Below, one piece after another: positions 1 through 12,974 of a stretch of 64,000 nucleotides of DNA (the stretch's first letter is position 1; each line of letters starts with the position of its first letter). The stretch is from Takakia lepidozioides (Eukaryota; Plantae; Bryophyta), in contig CM060734.1 in assembly GCA_030704615.1 (NCBI GenBank), forward strand, positions 13,950,001-14,014,000. Reading direction: 5' to 3'. A program made the position numbers and the translations under genes. The notes under the pieces were generated by a model. It ran no database searches and was not told the DNA's origin. It saw only the letters and a list, made by a program, of their open reading frames with translations.

Positions 1-953
1 GATCTTCTGGTGATCCACCCTGCACAGTTCTTCCATAACACTTGAACAATGAATATAGTTGAGTAGGTATATTGCAAAGTCATCCTTCCCAGGACAAAAC
101 CTGACATTGGTGTCCATCGCTAAGACTTGTGTCCCAACAGCCACTTTGAAGTATAAAGATGACTGCATATTCAGGACTCAACATCAAGCATCTAGCAACA
201 CATCCAAGGCTACACAATACATTTCTGTTTGTCTGTTTAGCACATCCTGCACATTTCACAAAAAGTCTGTCAGCTAATGTCTCTACGGCCCAAGATGTGT
301 GCCCTTCGGAGCGAGGGGCGGGATATCACCGTACAGACAGATGTCCATCCTCTTTTCAGGACAGTACCTCGAAAGTTGTCAAGCTTCCGAGTCGCATGAG
401 TATACGTTTGTGGCACTCAGAAATTACTTTGACAAACGTATAAATATCGTATTGTAAACAGACATTTCAGAAAGTACTATCCCCAGCACGAGATCCTTCA
501 CACCCAGCTATAAAATTCTCAACCCCAGAAAACACTCATGTAGACCTCAAAAACGTAGCATGAAGTGAGCCGTGGAAATTCGGAAATCTAGAAGGCCACT
601 GGGCACCAGAGAAGTGAAACCGCTCGTGGAGAGAAAGTCGAACACCCAAATAAGAAGATGAACAAGAGCAGGAAGAAGAATTACACAAAAGATCATGGAC
701 AGCCTTTGCAATGAAGAACAACCCACAGTCACATAATCTTCCATATATGAATCACTTGATACATAAGCTCCACAGTTTGAACCGCCACAGAAAATCAAAA
801 CCTATATCGTCTTCCCACGAATAGGCTTTGCGCCCCTTTCCACACGAAGCGAAGCCTCTCTTCCAAAACAGCCTTTGGAAAAATACCAAAAATCTATCAA
901 GGGCCACCAGGCTCCGGGCCCCTAGTGTCTTGCAATTTCACACGCTAAATACC

Positions 954-1163
954 TCACAGGTCGTGGACAGTGAGACCAGGCGGCAGCGACTGCTTTAGCT
1001 TGTCGGCCTTATCGGTGTCGAATACACACAGCGTGTAGAGGTACTTCTTGCACCGCACTGTGAACTTGACCACATCCTTGCTCCTCTTGATCTTCACCGA
1101 CCGCGCATCCTTACGGCGGGCCGTGAGGAGAAAGTCCTTGATCTCACTGATCTGCTTCGGCAT
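954..1163 (-). CDS. RPL38: 60S ribosomal protein eL38 (69 aa, no intron in the CDS)
   Basis: [69 protein letters not shown] is the canonical L38e sequence. ATG at 1163 in GCACCATG context. Possible 5'UTR intron at 1176-1245 (AAG|GTGCGG...GCAG). Confidence 0.97.
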   Translation of the reverse strand: MPKQISEIKDFLLTARRKDARSVKIKRSKDVVKFTVRCKKYLYTLCVFDTDKADKLKQSLPPGLTVHDL

Positions 1164-1287
1164 GGTGCTTGCCCTCTGCTCTAATCTGCGCACGCTCCAG
1201 CTACAGCGGCCCAGTGCCCACCAGCAGAGAAAAGAGAACCCGCACCTTCGCTCTCGTAAAAGACGTCTTCCCTTGCCGCTGCCTTGT

Positions 1288-1296
1288 TTAGGGTTT
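1288..1296 (-). promoter_or_regulatory. Telo-box (AAACCCTAA) upstream of RPL38
   Basis: TTAGGGTTT on + strand; telo-boxes are typical of plant ribosomal-protein genes. Confidence 0.6.
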
Positions 1297-1909
1297 TCAC
1301 CAGGTCGCAATGGGAACCGGTTCTCTGACTCCCTCGATGGAATCCAGTATTTCTAATTATGGATTAATTACTGATTAGTTGATTATGGAGAAGACTTAAT
1401 AAACTTAATAAATACCCAGGGCTACTACATCTTCTTTTTTTTTTAAAGAAAAAAAAAAAGAAGACTACCGTTTCCCACCTGTGTGCCTAATGGCTTATCT
1501 GAAAGGGGGATTTTTTCCCCTCCTCAAGGGCCTGAATTGTGAGCAGTCGCTCCCAGGTTTCCTTTATAAAAAAAACAAAAAGAAAAAAGACTAAGCTTAA
1601 CCAACGAGTTGAATGGAATGCATACGGTCGCCGGGGAATGGCCGTACCGGCGAGGTTCCGGCGGGGCGCGCTCTCAAATCCCCACCCCCCCCCCTTGCTC
1701 TCCTCTCACCTGCGAGCCTGTATTTTAGGATAAATTATTAAAAATTCAAAGCTTTAGAATGAAGTGGTTGGTAATTTGGTGGCTAGGTGATAGGTACTAT
1801 AGTGGTGAGGTATGAGGTTAAAATTGTTGCAGTCCAAGCGTTGGTTGCAGATGAGATTAATTATTGTATTTTTTCATATTCAAAATAATTCTAAGTCCCT
1901 TCCAAGAGG

Positions 1910-2380
1910 AGCTCCAAGTGTCCACTCCTTTGTCCCCTCCTTGTTCCCAAGCCCGCTCCCCCATCCCTGTCCCTTGTCCTCGCTCCCCTGTCCCCGGTTC
2001 CTGCTCCCCTCCTCGCCATGTGGAACGTCGCTCGTTCCCCTGTCCCCGGTTCCTGCTCCCCTCCTCGCCATGTGGAATGTCGCTCGTTCCCCTGTTCCCG
2101 GTCCCTGCTCCCTTCCTCGCCCTATGGAATGTGGCTCGCTCCCCTCCTCGCTCCCCTCTTCGCCCTAGGGAATATGGCTTGCTCCCCTAATCCCAATCCC
2201 CGCTCCCTTCCTCACTCCCCTGTCCCGATGGGGAGCAAGGATCGAGGAGCGGGAACAGAGGAGAGGGGACTGGGAACATGGGAGCAAAACTGGAGATTGT
2301 TTGGGAACATGGTCCTAAAGGTGGGGAGCATGAGGAGGGAACAGGAGGTGTGGAGTACTCCCCACCTTCCCAATGGGGGA
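1910..2380. repeat. MITE-like element with internal 52-bp tandem repeat
   Basis: Three ~52-bp units start at 1981, 2033 and 2085. The pyrimidine-rich left half (GTTCCC/CTCCC) mirrors a purine-rich right half (GGGAAC/GGGAG). TSD not resolved. Confidence 0.5.
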
Positions 2381-2449
2381 TGAGATTTGACTGGTAGTCA
2401 GCGGACCCCACCACCTCACACGCTTGCCTTAAATTCGTTGTGTAAGCGT

Positions 2450-3845
2450 AGTTCTCGCCGTTAATTATTTGTTGTTGGTCACCCACAACTAACCTTTGTT
2501 TGAAGGGGATATAATGTACTCATAAGACGTTGTTTGCCATAGCCTTGTGGCCAAGATCCCCCGCCCAGTTTGAGCGGAACACAAATGGACAAAACCTATA
2601 TTTGTTAGGGGCTGACGTCGGTAGTAAGACTTACCTTGAAATAAACAATTGATCCGGGTTTTCCAGATATCCTCTAGAAATCCGTTCACACAAGCATGAA
2701 TCTGTTGTGTGTGGTTTGCCCAATAACTAGGCCCCAAAAGGGCCTGGGCTTTTGGCTCAGCCTTGAGACTTTCAAAGTTGGTAAACAGAGATACAAGCAC
2801 AATTCCCTTGATAGATTTGAGGAGAGCATCTCTATGGTGAGAGAACCCCGAAGACTGAATCAGAAAATAAATATTGTCTTTAGGTTGCCCACACAACGGG
2901 CAATTGCACTCTCCCTTTCCTCTCTGCTTCTGTTTGCTGTTCAAAGGTAGGCTTCCCGTCCTGAGTTTAAATTTCAGTCTAGTGCCGAGAGGGGGTAGTC
3001 CCTTGAGGTCATCCATGATGTCCTCCCCCATGCCACAGATTGGAAACAAGTTCAGGGAAGTTTTCTGCCTAACTTCATTTCATCAGACAATTTCCTGGCT
3101 TTGACAACCAGCATGTAGCCCAGTGGTAATGGGCACATACCACGTTGGATGTGGTTGTGGGTTCAAACCACGGTCTGGTGTGTCATAAAGATGTCCACCT
3201 TTCAGCTGGAAGGCAGTAGCCTTTGTGGTGAAGTGACACCATAAGCTACGCTCCCTTCGGGAGGAGTCATACTTCTTTCTTTCTTGGCTTTAGACACTAC
3301 AGCCTCTAAGTCAGATCTATCCAGCAGGGTCAAGACTTGCGGATTAAGATTCAGATCCTTGAGAATCTTTTCTACTCTCTTCTGCCAGGACTTAGCCTGT
3401 TTGACAGGGCGATCCTGTTTCCAAGATATAGAGTCGATTGACTTAGGATATCTGATGTTGGACATATGTTGCAGCTGACCTCACCATCTGACCTTTAATT
3501 CATCTTGTTGGGGAGCTTAAGGAAGGGATGCCAAACTCACCCCGAACAACCACATTGGCTGTTTTGGAGCATGCTGACATGCACTCCTTAAGCACCCCCA
3601 CTTGGATGGATTCTAGAGACTTAGCATGGTTGGAGTTATCAACCCATATTGGTACTCCAAGGCAGGTCTAATAACGCGACAAAGCATGGTTTTCTTGACC
3701 TCAGAGTGGATCCCTCTGCAGTGGAAAAATTTAATGAGACCCAACGCTTTACGCTTGCTAGTTTGAACAACTTCCTGAATATGTGCATCCCAATTGCAGT
3801 TGTAGGAAAACTCAACGCCCAGGTACGTGTAGTGTTAGTAGGATA
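2450..3845 (-). mobile_element. 5'-truncated LINE, ORF2 3' part (end of RT and C-terminal Cys motif)
   Basis: LKFKLRTGSLPL...CPLCG in ORF 2489-3049. 3568-3830 is clearly homologous to the LINE at 17697-17960 (GAGCATGCTGA...CCTTAAGCACCCCCACTTG...). Confidence 0.75.
3107..3180 (+). mobile_element. tRNA-derived SINE-like head inserted in the LINE
   Basis: Pol III A box TAGCCCAGTGG (3116-3126) and B box GTTCAAACC (3161-3169) at tRNA-like spacing. Terminal ACCAG/CTGGT can pair; no proper anticodon arm. Confidence 0.55.
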
Positions 3846-3939
3846 GTAACATCCACAAGGATAGTAAGTCTAGTAGTTAAAGGTAATTATATATATTGTT
3901 ACATCAGTTGCTAGCTAGAACGCTTCACATCAAAAGATT

Positions 3940-4973
3940 CAAAAAGACATGTCACTATAAGTATCTGTATTACGTTTACCTGAAGAGGCTGAAGTGTAAC
4001 TTGACTATTGATGACTACATTCATGGACCAATGTTGAGCCCGAACGAGCTGCACAAACTCCTTGGCAAGGATTCATCAAATCATTGAAGGGGCAAAGGGA
4101 ATCCATCATTTTGATATTTTCAATTGCATTTTTATGCAATAGACTTTGTTTTGCAGTCTAGTGAAATCTACGACAATACTCCTGCCATTAGACGTGCAAA
4201 ATAAAAGTAATGTCTCATCCAAACACATTATGGTCTTCTGGAAATCTATTGTGCGATTTGTTATGCACCCCTTATGGACTATAGTTTACAATGTCTAGCT
4301 ATTGAGGTCGGCCAACCAGGTGTTGTCCATTGGCAATTCAATGTCAAAATAGAATCCATAATAAGATAGCGCTAGGATGAATCACAGATCTTTCCCATAA
4401 AATGAGTTCAAATACTGGCAGTTGTAGGCAGCATTTCAGGAAATTTGGTGCCGAATTTCCAGTTTTGGGGCCAAAAACTACCCAAATCCTTGCATATATG
4501 GGTACCATCTCTGGAAATTCGGCGCCGCATTTTCAGTTCTGGGGCCAAAACTGCCCAAGTTCGGTGCAGTTCTAGGCACCATCTCTGGGAATTTGGCGCC
4601 GCATTTCCATTTTTGGGGCTAACCTACTTGAATGAGTGGGACCTATTGCCGCGAAATTCGGCACCATTTTTTCCGACGAGGCACCTATTACCGCGCAATT
4701 CGGCACCATTTTTCGGAGAAGGGGAGGGAACCACCCCAGATCTCACTGCATTTGCCATGAGCACAAAGAAAATTTCATGAGCCCGACATTCCAAATGACA
4801 TTTTCCATTTCACAAAATAAATATTATATCATTATTTTTCTGACACAATCCATTAGAATATTTTTTAATATTTTAATCTAGCCACATTTCCAAATTTTTG
4901 GATTTCTGCTCTTGAAAACCGATTGTCTTACTTCTCCGCTCATGCCGCTCATGCTCATGAAATAGTAAACCTC
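3940..4973 (+). mobile_element. MULE right-end relic (element C; same clade as element A)
   Basis: SWIM C-terminus YLYYVYLKRLKCNLTIDDYIH...NELHKLL matches 50480-50619. Has subterminal palindromes and ends in ...GCTCATGAAATAGTAAACCTC (4973), like the element A end at 51374. Confidence 0.85.
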
Positions 4974-5420
4974 ATGCAAATCCCCATCCGAACCTCGAGG
5001 GGTGTTCAGTTTGCGTTTACATGATCCGAACCTCTCCTCGCCTTTCAAATGAGGAACCCTTGATTGCAATGGAGATCACACTGTGCACATGTTGACCGTT
5101 GAAGCCATCTTAGTGGGATCCCCCGATCTGTTGGCGGCCCTCAACATCAACTCACTAGTGTCTGGTCCTTTCCCTCCTGACCGTCCCTTGAGAAATTCAC
5201 GATATCTGGTTTGTTGGGAAAGTGCTCGAACCATATCATCCGTTGTGGCAACATACAAATCATCCGATTTCCCGGACTGCTGCTTCCACACATTATGAAC
5301 TGATTATGCCAAATTGCAGGACGGAATGTCCGTCATATCCCTAAAGGACATGTCCTACAACAGAGCATCATTCGAAACGTTAGAAGGAATGAGACAGGAA
5401 TTGCTGCAAGCAAAATAAGG
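4974..5420 (-). pseudogene. MULE transposase fragment (catalytic-Glu region, more distant family)
   Basis: IPSCNLA*SVHNVWKQQSG...DLYVATTDDMVRALSQQ...KGPD..ELMLRAANRS aligns with TTNMAESVHSSW...DILTATTEDIVRSIMQQ...LGPDRQEMLMRTASRS of element A. Confidence 0.75.
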
Positions 5421-5439
5421 GGAAAGACTGCAACTGAAA

Positions 5440-7720
5440 CAATAGTTCAATGTGGTTGAAGAAGGCGCATTGTAGTCATCCCAAGGTGAGAGAGAGACGA
5501 ACCACTTGAAACCAAGCGGAGGAGGTAGGGGTTTTGGGATTTTCCAGGTTATGACCGCAATGGAACCTGCCTGCTGTTGTCTGACATCCGAAACCCTAAG
5601 CCGCTTTTTTTTTTCCTGCATAATTGAAATGTCTTCTCTTGGAAGCTTCCACAACATAGCCGTTGAGATAGCATCCCCGAGACAAGAAATACAATTTCCT
5701 TGCCAGCCTGGAAGAAGCCTTTCACGAGGGCTGGATGTATCCAAAAGTAGAGTATGAGGGGAATACAAGAAGAGGGGAGAGTAAGCATGGTTAAGCATGC
5801 TTATCACCGGGGGCGAGTTCACCGTATCCTCAGGGAGCATAAAAATCAGAGATTGACCATTTGTATGTGTGACCTGTGGAACCTGCTGCTTCCCAGTGAC
5901 GAAGCCATTAGCCTGCACTTCCTCCACTCTTTGCTTCTCTTCCTTGTGTCTGGCTTTGAGAATTTATGCCACTAGTTTCCCCCCTTCTTCAAAGAGCAGA
6001 GAAGTTTTTGCCAACACCCAGGGGTCTTAGACGTGGCGGTGAAGGCTGTGCTTGTTCACCCAGGTCCTGTCAGTAGGTGATTCCAGGGTGAGGTCAGAGC
6101 AGTGTATGATAGGAATGACATCAAGGTTAGTGTGAAGAGGATTGGTATCAATAATGACTCCTATATTGTGCATGTATTCTGCTGGGACTTAAGCCTTCAT
6201 GGAGATCACCGCAAGAATGTCTTGGGACAGCTTAAGAGTGAGATCCTTCTCCATTCCTACCCCAAAAGAGCAATAAATATTGTCAGTAACCCAGGCAGAA
6301 AGAAATCCATCCATATTGTCAGTCAGGAGCATGCTAGTGAGGTTGTCCACAGAGGAGAAAATTAGTGGAGTGATACAGATGGCAGCCAACTCCCTAGAGT
6401 AGCCAAAACCGGGGGACCATCCTGAGAGAAGAACTCTTGGGAAGGAGTGTAGCTCGAGAAAGGACACCGCAAGGCTTGTGGCGCTTAGCTTTTGTAGCTC
6501 AAATTCTGTGAACGGGAAAGTGGCCCAAGCATGTGGAAATCGAGCTGGGATCCAGGCATAGGCCTTGCTGATGCGGGGCGAACCCTTAGACTCGTCAAAT
6601 TTTTTTTATTTTTTTTGACAAGGGTGCATTCTAATCCGGAAGGGAGGAATCAATGACTACTGCCACCAAGGCGAGTGTTAGAGCTGAGGGTACTGCTCAG
6701 CTTTGCGTGTACTCACGAGGCTTTGAGGACTAGTCGGAGCCATCTTCGACTGGCCAAACTGCTTCCGTTGTAGCAAGGGATAGACTGCCTTCACATGCCC
6801 TTCCCCGTTGCAAGATTAGCATATGAAAGAGAGAACTTCCTCCTTCACAACAACTACGATGTAAGAGTTGTCCAGGGTCGACAACTTGATAGAATGACCA
6901 ATGATAGTAGTCTCGGGCATCAACACAACTATTTTAGGCACTCCACTGTCTCTACTGTAGTCAAATCACTAGGAAGCAGTATCGACACTCAAAGTGCTCT
7001 CCGCTACTAGATCATAGACATTAATACATCCAATATAGGTACCAAAGCTTGCCCCAATTTCTGGAAGAGATGAGAGATACGTGCCAAGCTGGAAAAGGAA
7101 TAGCTACGACCCGTGGTAGCTTCCAGGTGATACCCTCCTTACAATGACCCAGTCTTGCGCCCAAGGGAACAGATGCACAATGCAGTTTGAGTTCATGGGA
7201 TTAAATTTTAAGGCCTTATCTGCATCGTCTTGAGAACAGAAAAGAATAGCGTAAAAGCCTCATCCCATCGTTAGACAAAAGTTTTGAGTGATCAGCCGTC
7301 CGTCTGATCCTAGATGTTCCACCACCCACCTTCTAACCCAGAGCCTGTTTCGGGGCTTGCCAAGGAAGTGAGCAAAATGCCTTGCTGTGAGAATTTTTGA
7401 GATTGCGAGATCATCTTGTCTCGTTCAGAGCTAGGATGGGTTGAGAGCTAAGCTTAGGAGCAGCAACATTAACCCATACAACCACTCTGAGGATCCGGGG
7501 GATGGCCGGGGTGTGTTGGGACTTGGGTCTTTTCCTAGAATCGAGCCAGAAGAACCCTTCATCCCAACCGGTTTTTGGGGGCCCAGCTCCTAGCCTTCCC
7601 TCTCCCTCCCGGGGCTAAGCCACCACGCTTCCCCCGAATCATCATCTCTCCTATGGAAGCCATAACAATAGCAAAAAAACGCAGCAGAGGAAGTAGGAAG
7701 GGAAGGAGAAGAGCAAGAAT
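5440..7720 (-). mobile_element. Degenerate L1-type LINE ORF1 (DUF4283-like) remnant
   Basis: Minus strand ~7150-7300 reads GFYAILFCSQDDADKALKFNP...VHLFPW, typical of plant L1 ORF1. Many stops; boundaries approximate. Confidence 0.5.
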
Positions 7721-8458
7721 GCATGCAGAGTGGGGTTTAGGGGGGTAGCTTATACCAGGGTCAACCTTCATTACCCTTACCCTCCATCTGGTGTGAGTCA
7801 CCTTAGAGCTTGGCTCCTGCCAGATCGATTTTGGCACTGTTATTGCCGGGGGCTGTTACTTGCCCATATCGCCCAAATCGAGAGAAGGCGTCAGGGAGGA
7901 TTAGGAAGAGTTAGAGCCCGAGAATCCGAGAGATTCATCCAGAGACAAGGGGATGTGAACGCTCAAGAGACAACATCAGCAATGTAGATGAAGAAATGGG
8001 ATGACCATACATGGGAGCAGCATGCAGGAAGAGCCGACAAGCTGCAGTTTGAGCGGGGAAGCACCTGGTGCTGGGGTAATTACCGGCACACTTGCCGTAG
8101 GAGAGGAGGGGAGGAGTAGTGCAATGCCAGTAAGACGAGCCTTGGGAGAGGGGGGGGGGGAAAGAGGGACAGCGGGGAATTGGTTTGCTGGGTGGCCCAA
8201 ATGAATGCGTTCGTGATTGAGGCGGTGCCCTATCTCAGTTCAATGCTGATTAGGAGAGTAAAGCATGCCGAGGTCCAGCAAGGAAGCATCTGTGGTACTT
8301 TGTGTATGAGTGAGTTGAGATAGCTCAGCGCAACTAAGTCTCGCACTCTCACACCGCAAAACGTAGAGCTCCGGCATACTACATTCTCCTCCCCAATATC
8401 TTTGCTTGGATACCTTTGATGTGTTAAAACTATATACCCGCACAAACCTGGTTAAAAC

Positions 8459-11400
8459 CAATGTTGGACTGGTATACACCTTAGGTATGAAATACAGGTA
8501 TGAATATATATTGAAGAACACACCAGTCGGGTATGAAAGAACCGGTGTACCCATGTGATACACGTACTGGGGGGAGTATGTCGCGCACCTCACTTCGGTA
8601 AACTCCCCTTCAAGTCATAGTTACTCGCTTTGATGCGCGCACCTAACTCCCAAACTGGCCGCCGGACCAACTCGGAGCTTTGGCTGCTCACCGGGGCATA
8701 ATGGTCCCCCTTGCGCCTCCAAAAGACCCTCCACCACTTTGGGCCTGGTGGAAATTCCCTTTGGTAGATGGCAGTCCGGAATAGCTCCCCATACCTTGGT
8801 CGCTTTCCGGCTTGCACGCTTACTCACTAGCTTTTGGTCACCAACGGGCTTGCACCGTTCTCGGGGTTACCACTCCCTATATATACCCGACCCCCAGCCC
8901 TCAAGGCAAAGGGTCGCGACAGAGTATGTCTTTAGGATTCCCCCCACACATACCATACCAGTCTGGGTATGTGCAAGTGCAGCGTGGTCACGATACCAGT
9001 ATTACGGCAAATTTATGGTGGACAGAGCTAGGTATCAATATGGCGATGGAGTTAGATTTTTGCGCCTATGCTGCAGTAGGGTGCGGCTCCTTCAATGAGC
9101 ATTAAAGTAGTGGCTGCGGATTGCAGCAATATTCTAGTCTTTGGCCTTGCAGCAAACAATCCGCCTTCATGAAGGATCTTAGGGACGTACGTGCTATGTG
9201 TATGCAATCTCGGTAGGTGATTTTCTTCTTATGGTGCCGGCTTCTTCTAACCTGGATCATTCTTCTGCCAACGATTACAACATATTATGATTGTGTCACA
9301 GCCCACTTGCTCTTGCTTTGGAACTAGAGATCAGAACTCCAAAATGCCTTGTTGTGTACTGATTCTTTTGTTAGTTTAGTGGCTGGTGTCAATGCTTTAA
9401 TGGTTTACCCTCACAGCCCTCATACTAGCAGCCCTCATCTTCACTGGATAGTGAATTGAAACTTTAGTAGTGATCTGCCTAAGCTTTGCAGGGGTTTCCC
9501 TTAAGTGGCCGTATTTTTGAACATACTATAATTTATGTTGAGATGGATTAGAGCATGTTTTTCAGTGATTTTGAGGCTTGCATTGGGGATGAAGCAGATG
9601 ATACAACGCTCTTAAATGAACAACAACATAGCACCTACACGACCTCAAAAGGTGTTGCAGCCTACCGAAAGCAGGAACGAGATTCAAGCTGCGGAAGACC
9701 TAGCGACGTGGAGAGTCCGGTATGCATCTCTTGCCAAGAATCAACGCTTTTGGGTGCCATACCATCGTTCAAGTGCTATTTGGGCATTCTTTCTTCTTCA
9801 CGATCAGAAGTTTGTTGTTGATGTGCAAGCTGTGCAAATAATGAGGTGCATTATTTGCCACAACAAGTACTGTACTGAAGAGCCCTCACAGAGTTCCCAG
9901 AGTACCACCAGATCTAGAAAAGAGCTGGTGCAATATAACTCTTCTCATGGGAGCACCTCCATGAAGAAACATCTCCTAAATGAGCATCCAGAAGACTTTG
10001 TCAAGTACAAGGCGGAGTCACAATCTACTGAAGGTGGGGTACAAGGAGGCAGAGTGAAATACAAGAAGCGTAAGTCTCTTGCTCCATCTGTGGTCACGAA
10101 GTATTTGGGTGACCAAGGGGTTTACAAAAAGAACGACCTTCCTCAGCTGAGGTTCATTGAGGACTTGGTCCTTTTCATTGCAAAAGGCTATGAGGCTTTG
10201 TCAACTGTGGAGTTGCCTTGGCTCCGTAGACTAATAATGGACAGGGACCCTAAAATTTGTTTCCCAACCGGCAAACAGCTGGTTAAGGAATACATCCCAG
10301 GTCTGCTTGCCAAAACCATGGAAACTTATGTTTTGCCTGTCCTAGGTAGTTGTGCAACTGTCACTGTTACATTTGATCTATGGATGTCTAGGACAGGGTT
10401 TGATACATTCGCGTTGGTTGTGAATTTCATTGATGAAGAGTGGATGCCAAGACATGTCATTATAGGCTTGTTCGAGGCTCCTGATACAGCTGGGTCTGCC
10501 TTAGCAGAAATTGTCAAACCCCTGCTTGCAGAATTCCAATTGACAGACAAAGTAATTGCATATGTCAAAGATGAGGGTTCCAATCTTAATACCCTAGCTA
10601 CAGCCTTGTCTTCAGTGGTTACATGTGCTCCTTTGCAGCTTGCACAACCATTTGTAGGTGCTTGATTTGGACATGTAATGTCCAAAGCCTACCAGTACGC
10701 GACAAATGACACAAAACTTTGTGTCGGAATGAGAGAAGTCTCACTCAAAGATGCACAAGCAACCTTGCAGAAAACAATTACCTGGACTAAGAAGTCTGGC
10801 AAAGGTAGACAAGAGTGGGACAAGGCTTGTATAGAGGCAGGTCTGCCCACCCGAAAGCTGAAGACTTCTGTCAAAACTCGTTTTGCAAGCAAAGTTGTTC
10901 TCTTCCAAGAAACTCTTGAGTACGCCGACGCTATCAATATCTGTTACCGGAGACAGTCTCTCCATCTGCAAGCTAGAGTGCCATCTGGCTTGACATGGGC
11001 AATTGCCCGTACTGTGGGAGACTCTCACAACAATTGTGAAACAATGTATTTTGAAGGGGATACTGGCTCCTTTCTGATGCACTACATGCCACAATTGCGA
11101 TCAGCATTAAGCTACAGGGAGAGTTTAATCGGAGAGCTCATGCCCAGCCACCCCTGCAGTGCAGGGACTTTGATTCAGAGCTGGAAATTTTATATGCTCG
11201 CATGGCAGCAGAGGCGGTGAGTGTATTGCAACCATTTCTTTATTTTGCATGTGCATTTCAGAGTGAAAAAGCGCATAACATGATTTCTCTCATGCTCGAC
11301 CCTCGATACAAGGGTTTACAATGCATCACGGAGTTTCTGGGCAGGGACAAAGCCAAGATAGTTGTCTCTGAATACGATAAAAATGCCATGATTCCGTTGC

Positions 11401-12403
11401 TAGTCAAAGTGTCTAGATTTTTGAACCCTGCTCGTGGCATGAACGACGGTCCGCAAGTTGCAGATTGCCCCATGGATTCCCTCTTTGATGCTCCAACATC
11501 GGCAGATGAGGCTTTTGAGGCCCTACTTGTATCGGAATTAACTGTCTTTCGTCGTCTTGCTGTGTCAGAGGAGGAGGCTGTCAAACCTTTGACTTGGTGG
11601 AAGGACCATGCAGTTTGGTTCCGAAATGTTGCATTTTTGGCTAGGCAGATTCTTGCCATACCTGGATCTCAGATTGAGACTGAGAGAATTTTTTCGGTTG
11701 CCAGACTGCTCACGAGCTTGCGACGTTGTCGACTTGGAATTTCCAATCTAGACGCGCTAGTCATGATTTACAAAAACTGACTAGACGATGCAAGGTCGGG
11801 TTGTTCATTTGCATCGAATACAGTGGGAGAGTTTTACTCTGCAGAGGCAGAATTACTTGACGAACATGAGGACGAGTTAGAAGAGGTTGGATACTTCGAG
11901 GAGGAGTAACATCTGTTAGTGCAGCTTGGATCTTAGTGCAGGTAGTCAAAATCTTTACTACCACTTTGTTAATGCAAGGCTCCCTGCTGTAATTCAGACT
12001 TCTGAAATCATCTGGGCATTTTATTTTGCCTAATCTGAGTACTTCCCTTTGGAGACGAAGATGTGCTGGTCGTGTTGTCCTCTGATGCTGAAGCGGTGCA
12101 CTTCAGGAGCTGAGGTGCTCATTTCAGCTTTAACCAAAAAAAGAAAAAAAGGGATGTGGATAATATTAATGTGGATGAAATACCATACCAGTGCTCATAT
12201 ACCCCCAGTATCAAAAAAAAAAAAAAAAACTATACCAATACCATACTCATATACAACCCAAAATATAAAAATTCATACCATATTCATACCCAGGTTGCTC
12301 ATGTCTGTATAAATGTTTATACCAGCCTGGTATGAAAAAAGGGTGGGACTTTGATACCAGGACCAGTCTGGTATTAAAAATTAGACATACCAGTCCAACA
12401 CTG
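8459..12403 (+). mobile_element. Complete hAT DNA transposon
   Basis: TIRs CAATGTTGGACTGGTAT / ATACCAGTCCAACACTG (16 of 17 match). 8-bp TSD GTTAAAAC at 8451-8458 and 12404-12411. GGTAT/ATACC subterminal repeats. Confidence 0.92.
9616..11909 (+). pseudogene. hAT transposase (BED-like finger, DDE, C-terminal dimerisation domain), with stops and frameshifts
   Basis: WAFF..RCIIC..STSMKKHLLNEH; TFDLWMS; YVKDEGSNL; KTRFAS; WWK...LARQILAIPGSQIETERIFS; ends FEEE*. Confidence 0.9.
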
Positions 12404-12632
12404 GTTAAAACGTTAAAACCTATTATATAGCCACTTTTTTTCTCGCCAAATTGGGTAAAATTCACATGGCCCCTTTGGCGATTTTGGAAAAATCAAGAAA
12501 AAACCACTGGGTGTGGTCGCACATAGAACGGGCCCACCTAGCTTCAAACCATGGAAGGAGGTAATGAGGAACTTAGGCTCAACTTTGAAGGATGAAAAGT
12601 ACAGGGGTGGACGAAACAGTTAGTCATCCATC

Positions 12633-12755
12633 GTGACCGTTGGTAGACCGTTTTCTCATCTACTCAGCGGGACTGCAATGACCGGCGAGTACAAATTTCG
12701 AACGGCCGTTTTGTGGCGCGCCGCCTGCTCCCTCTCTTTCTTTGGTCGGTATAAA
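12633..12755 (+). promoter_or_regulatory. Putative G2/M-type promoter: clustered MSA (AACGG) cores and TATA box
   Basis: GACCGTTGG and GACCGTTTT (12635-12655), GAACGGCCGTT (~12700-12710), GGCGCGCC (~12715), TATAAA at 12750. Confidence 0.55.
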
Positions 12756-12905
12756 GCACAGGCTGCCATCTTTCCGAAGCTCCTTGCCTCGATTGTGTTT
12801 GCAGATAAATTGTAGGAGGGCAGAAGCAAGGAGAGTGTGAGCGAGGTATAATCGACAGGATCAGTTACGTGAGTTTGCAAGTAAAGAGGCATTGGGAGGC
12901 AGAAC

Positions 12906-12908
<3 letters not shown>

Positions 12909-12969
<61 letters not shown>

Positions 12970-12974
12970 GAGAG
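12909..12974 (+). repeat. (GA)n microsatellite, probably in the 5'UTR
   Basis: Near-perfect AG run. Confidence 0.95.

Noticed and set aside
1-900. Coding gene or snoRNA downstream of RPL38
   Set aside because: Only short ORFs with no recognisable motif; a possible splice acceptor near 20-25 (-) is insufficient evidence.
1164-1310. N-terminal extension of RPL38 in the 118-aa ORF call
   Set aside because: It uses a non-ATG start; L38e begins at MPK (1163) and the upstream part looks like UTR or intron.
3107-3180. Functional tRNA gene
   Set aside because: No canonical anticodon arm or full cloverleaf, and it is embedded in a LINE.
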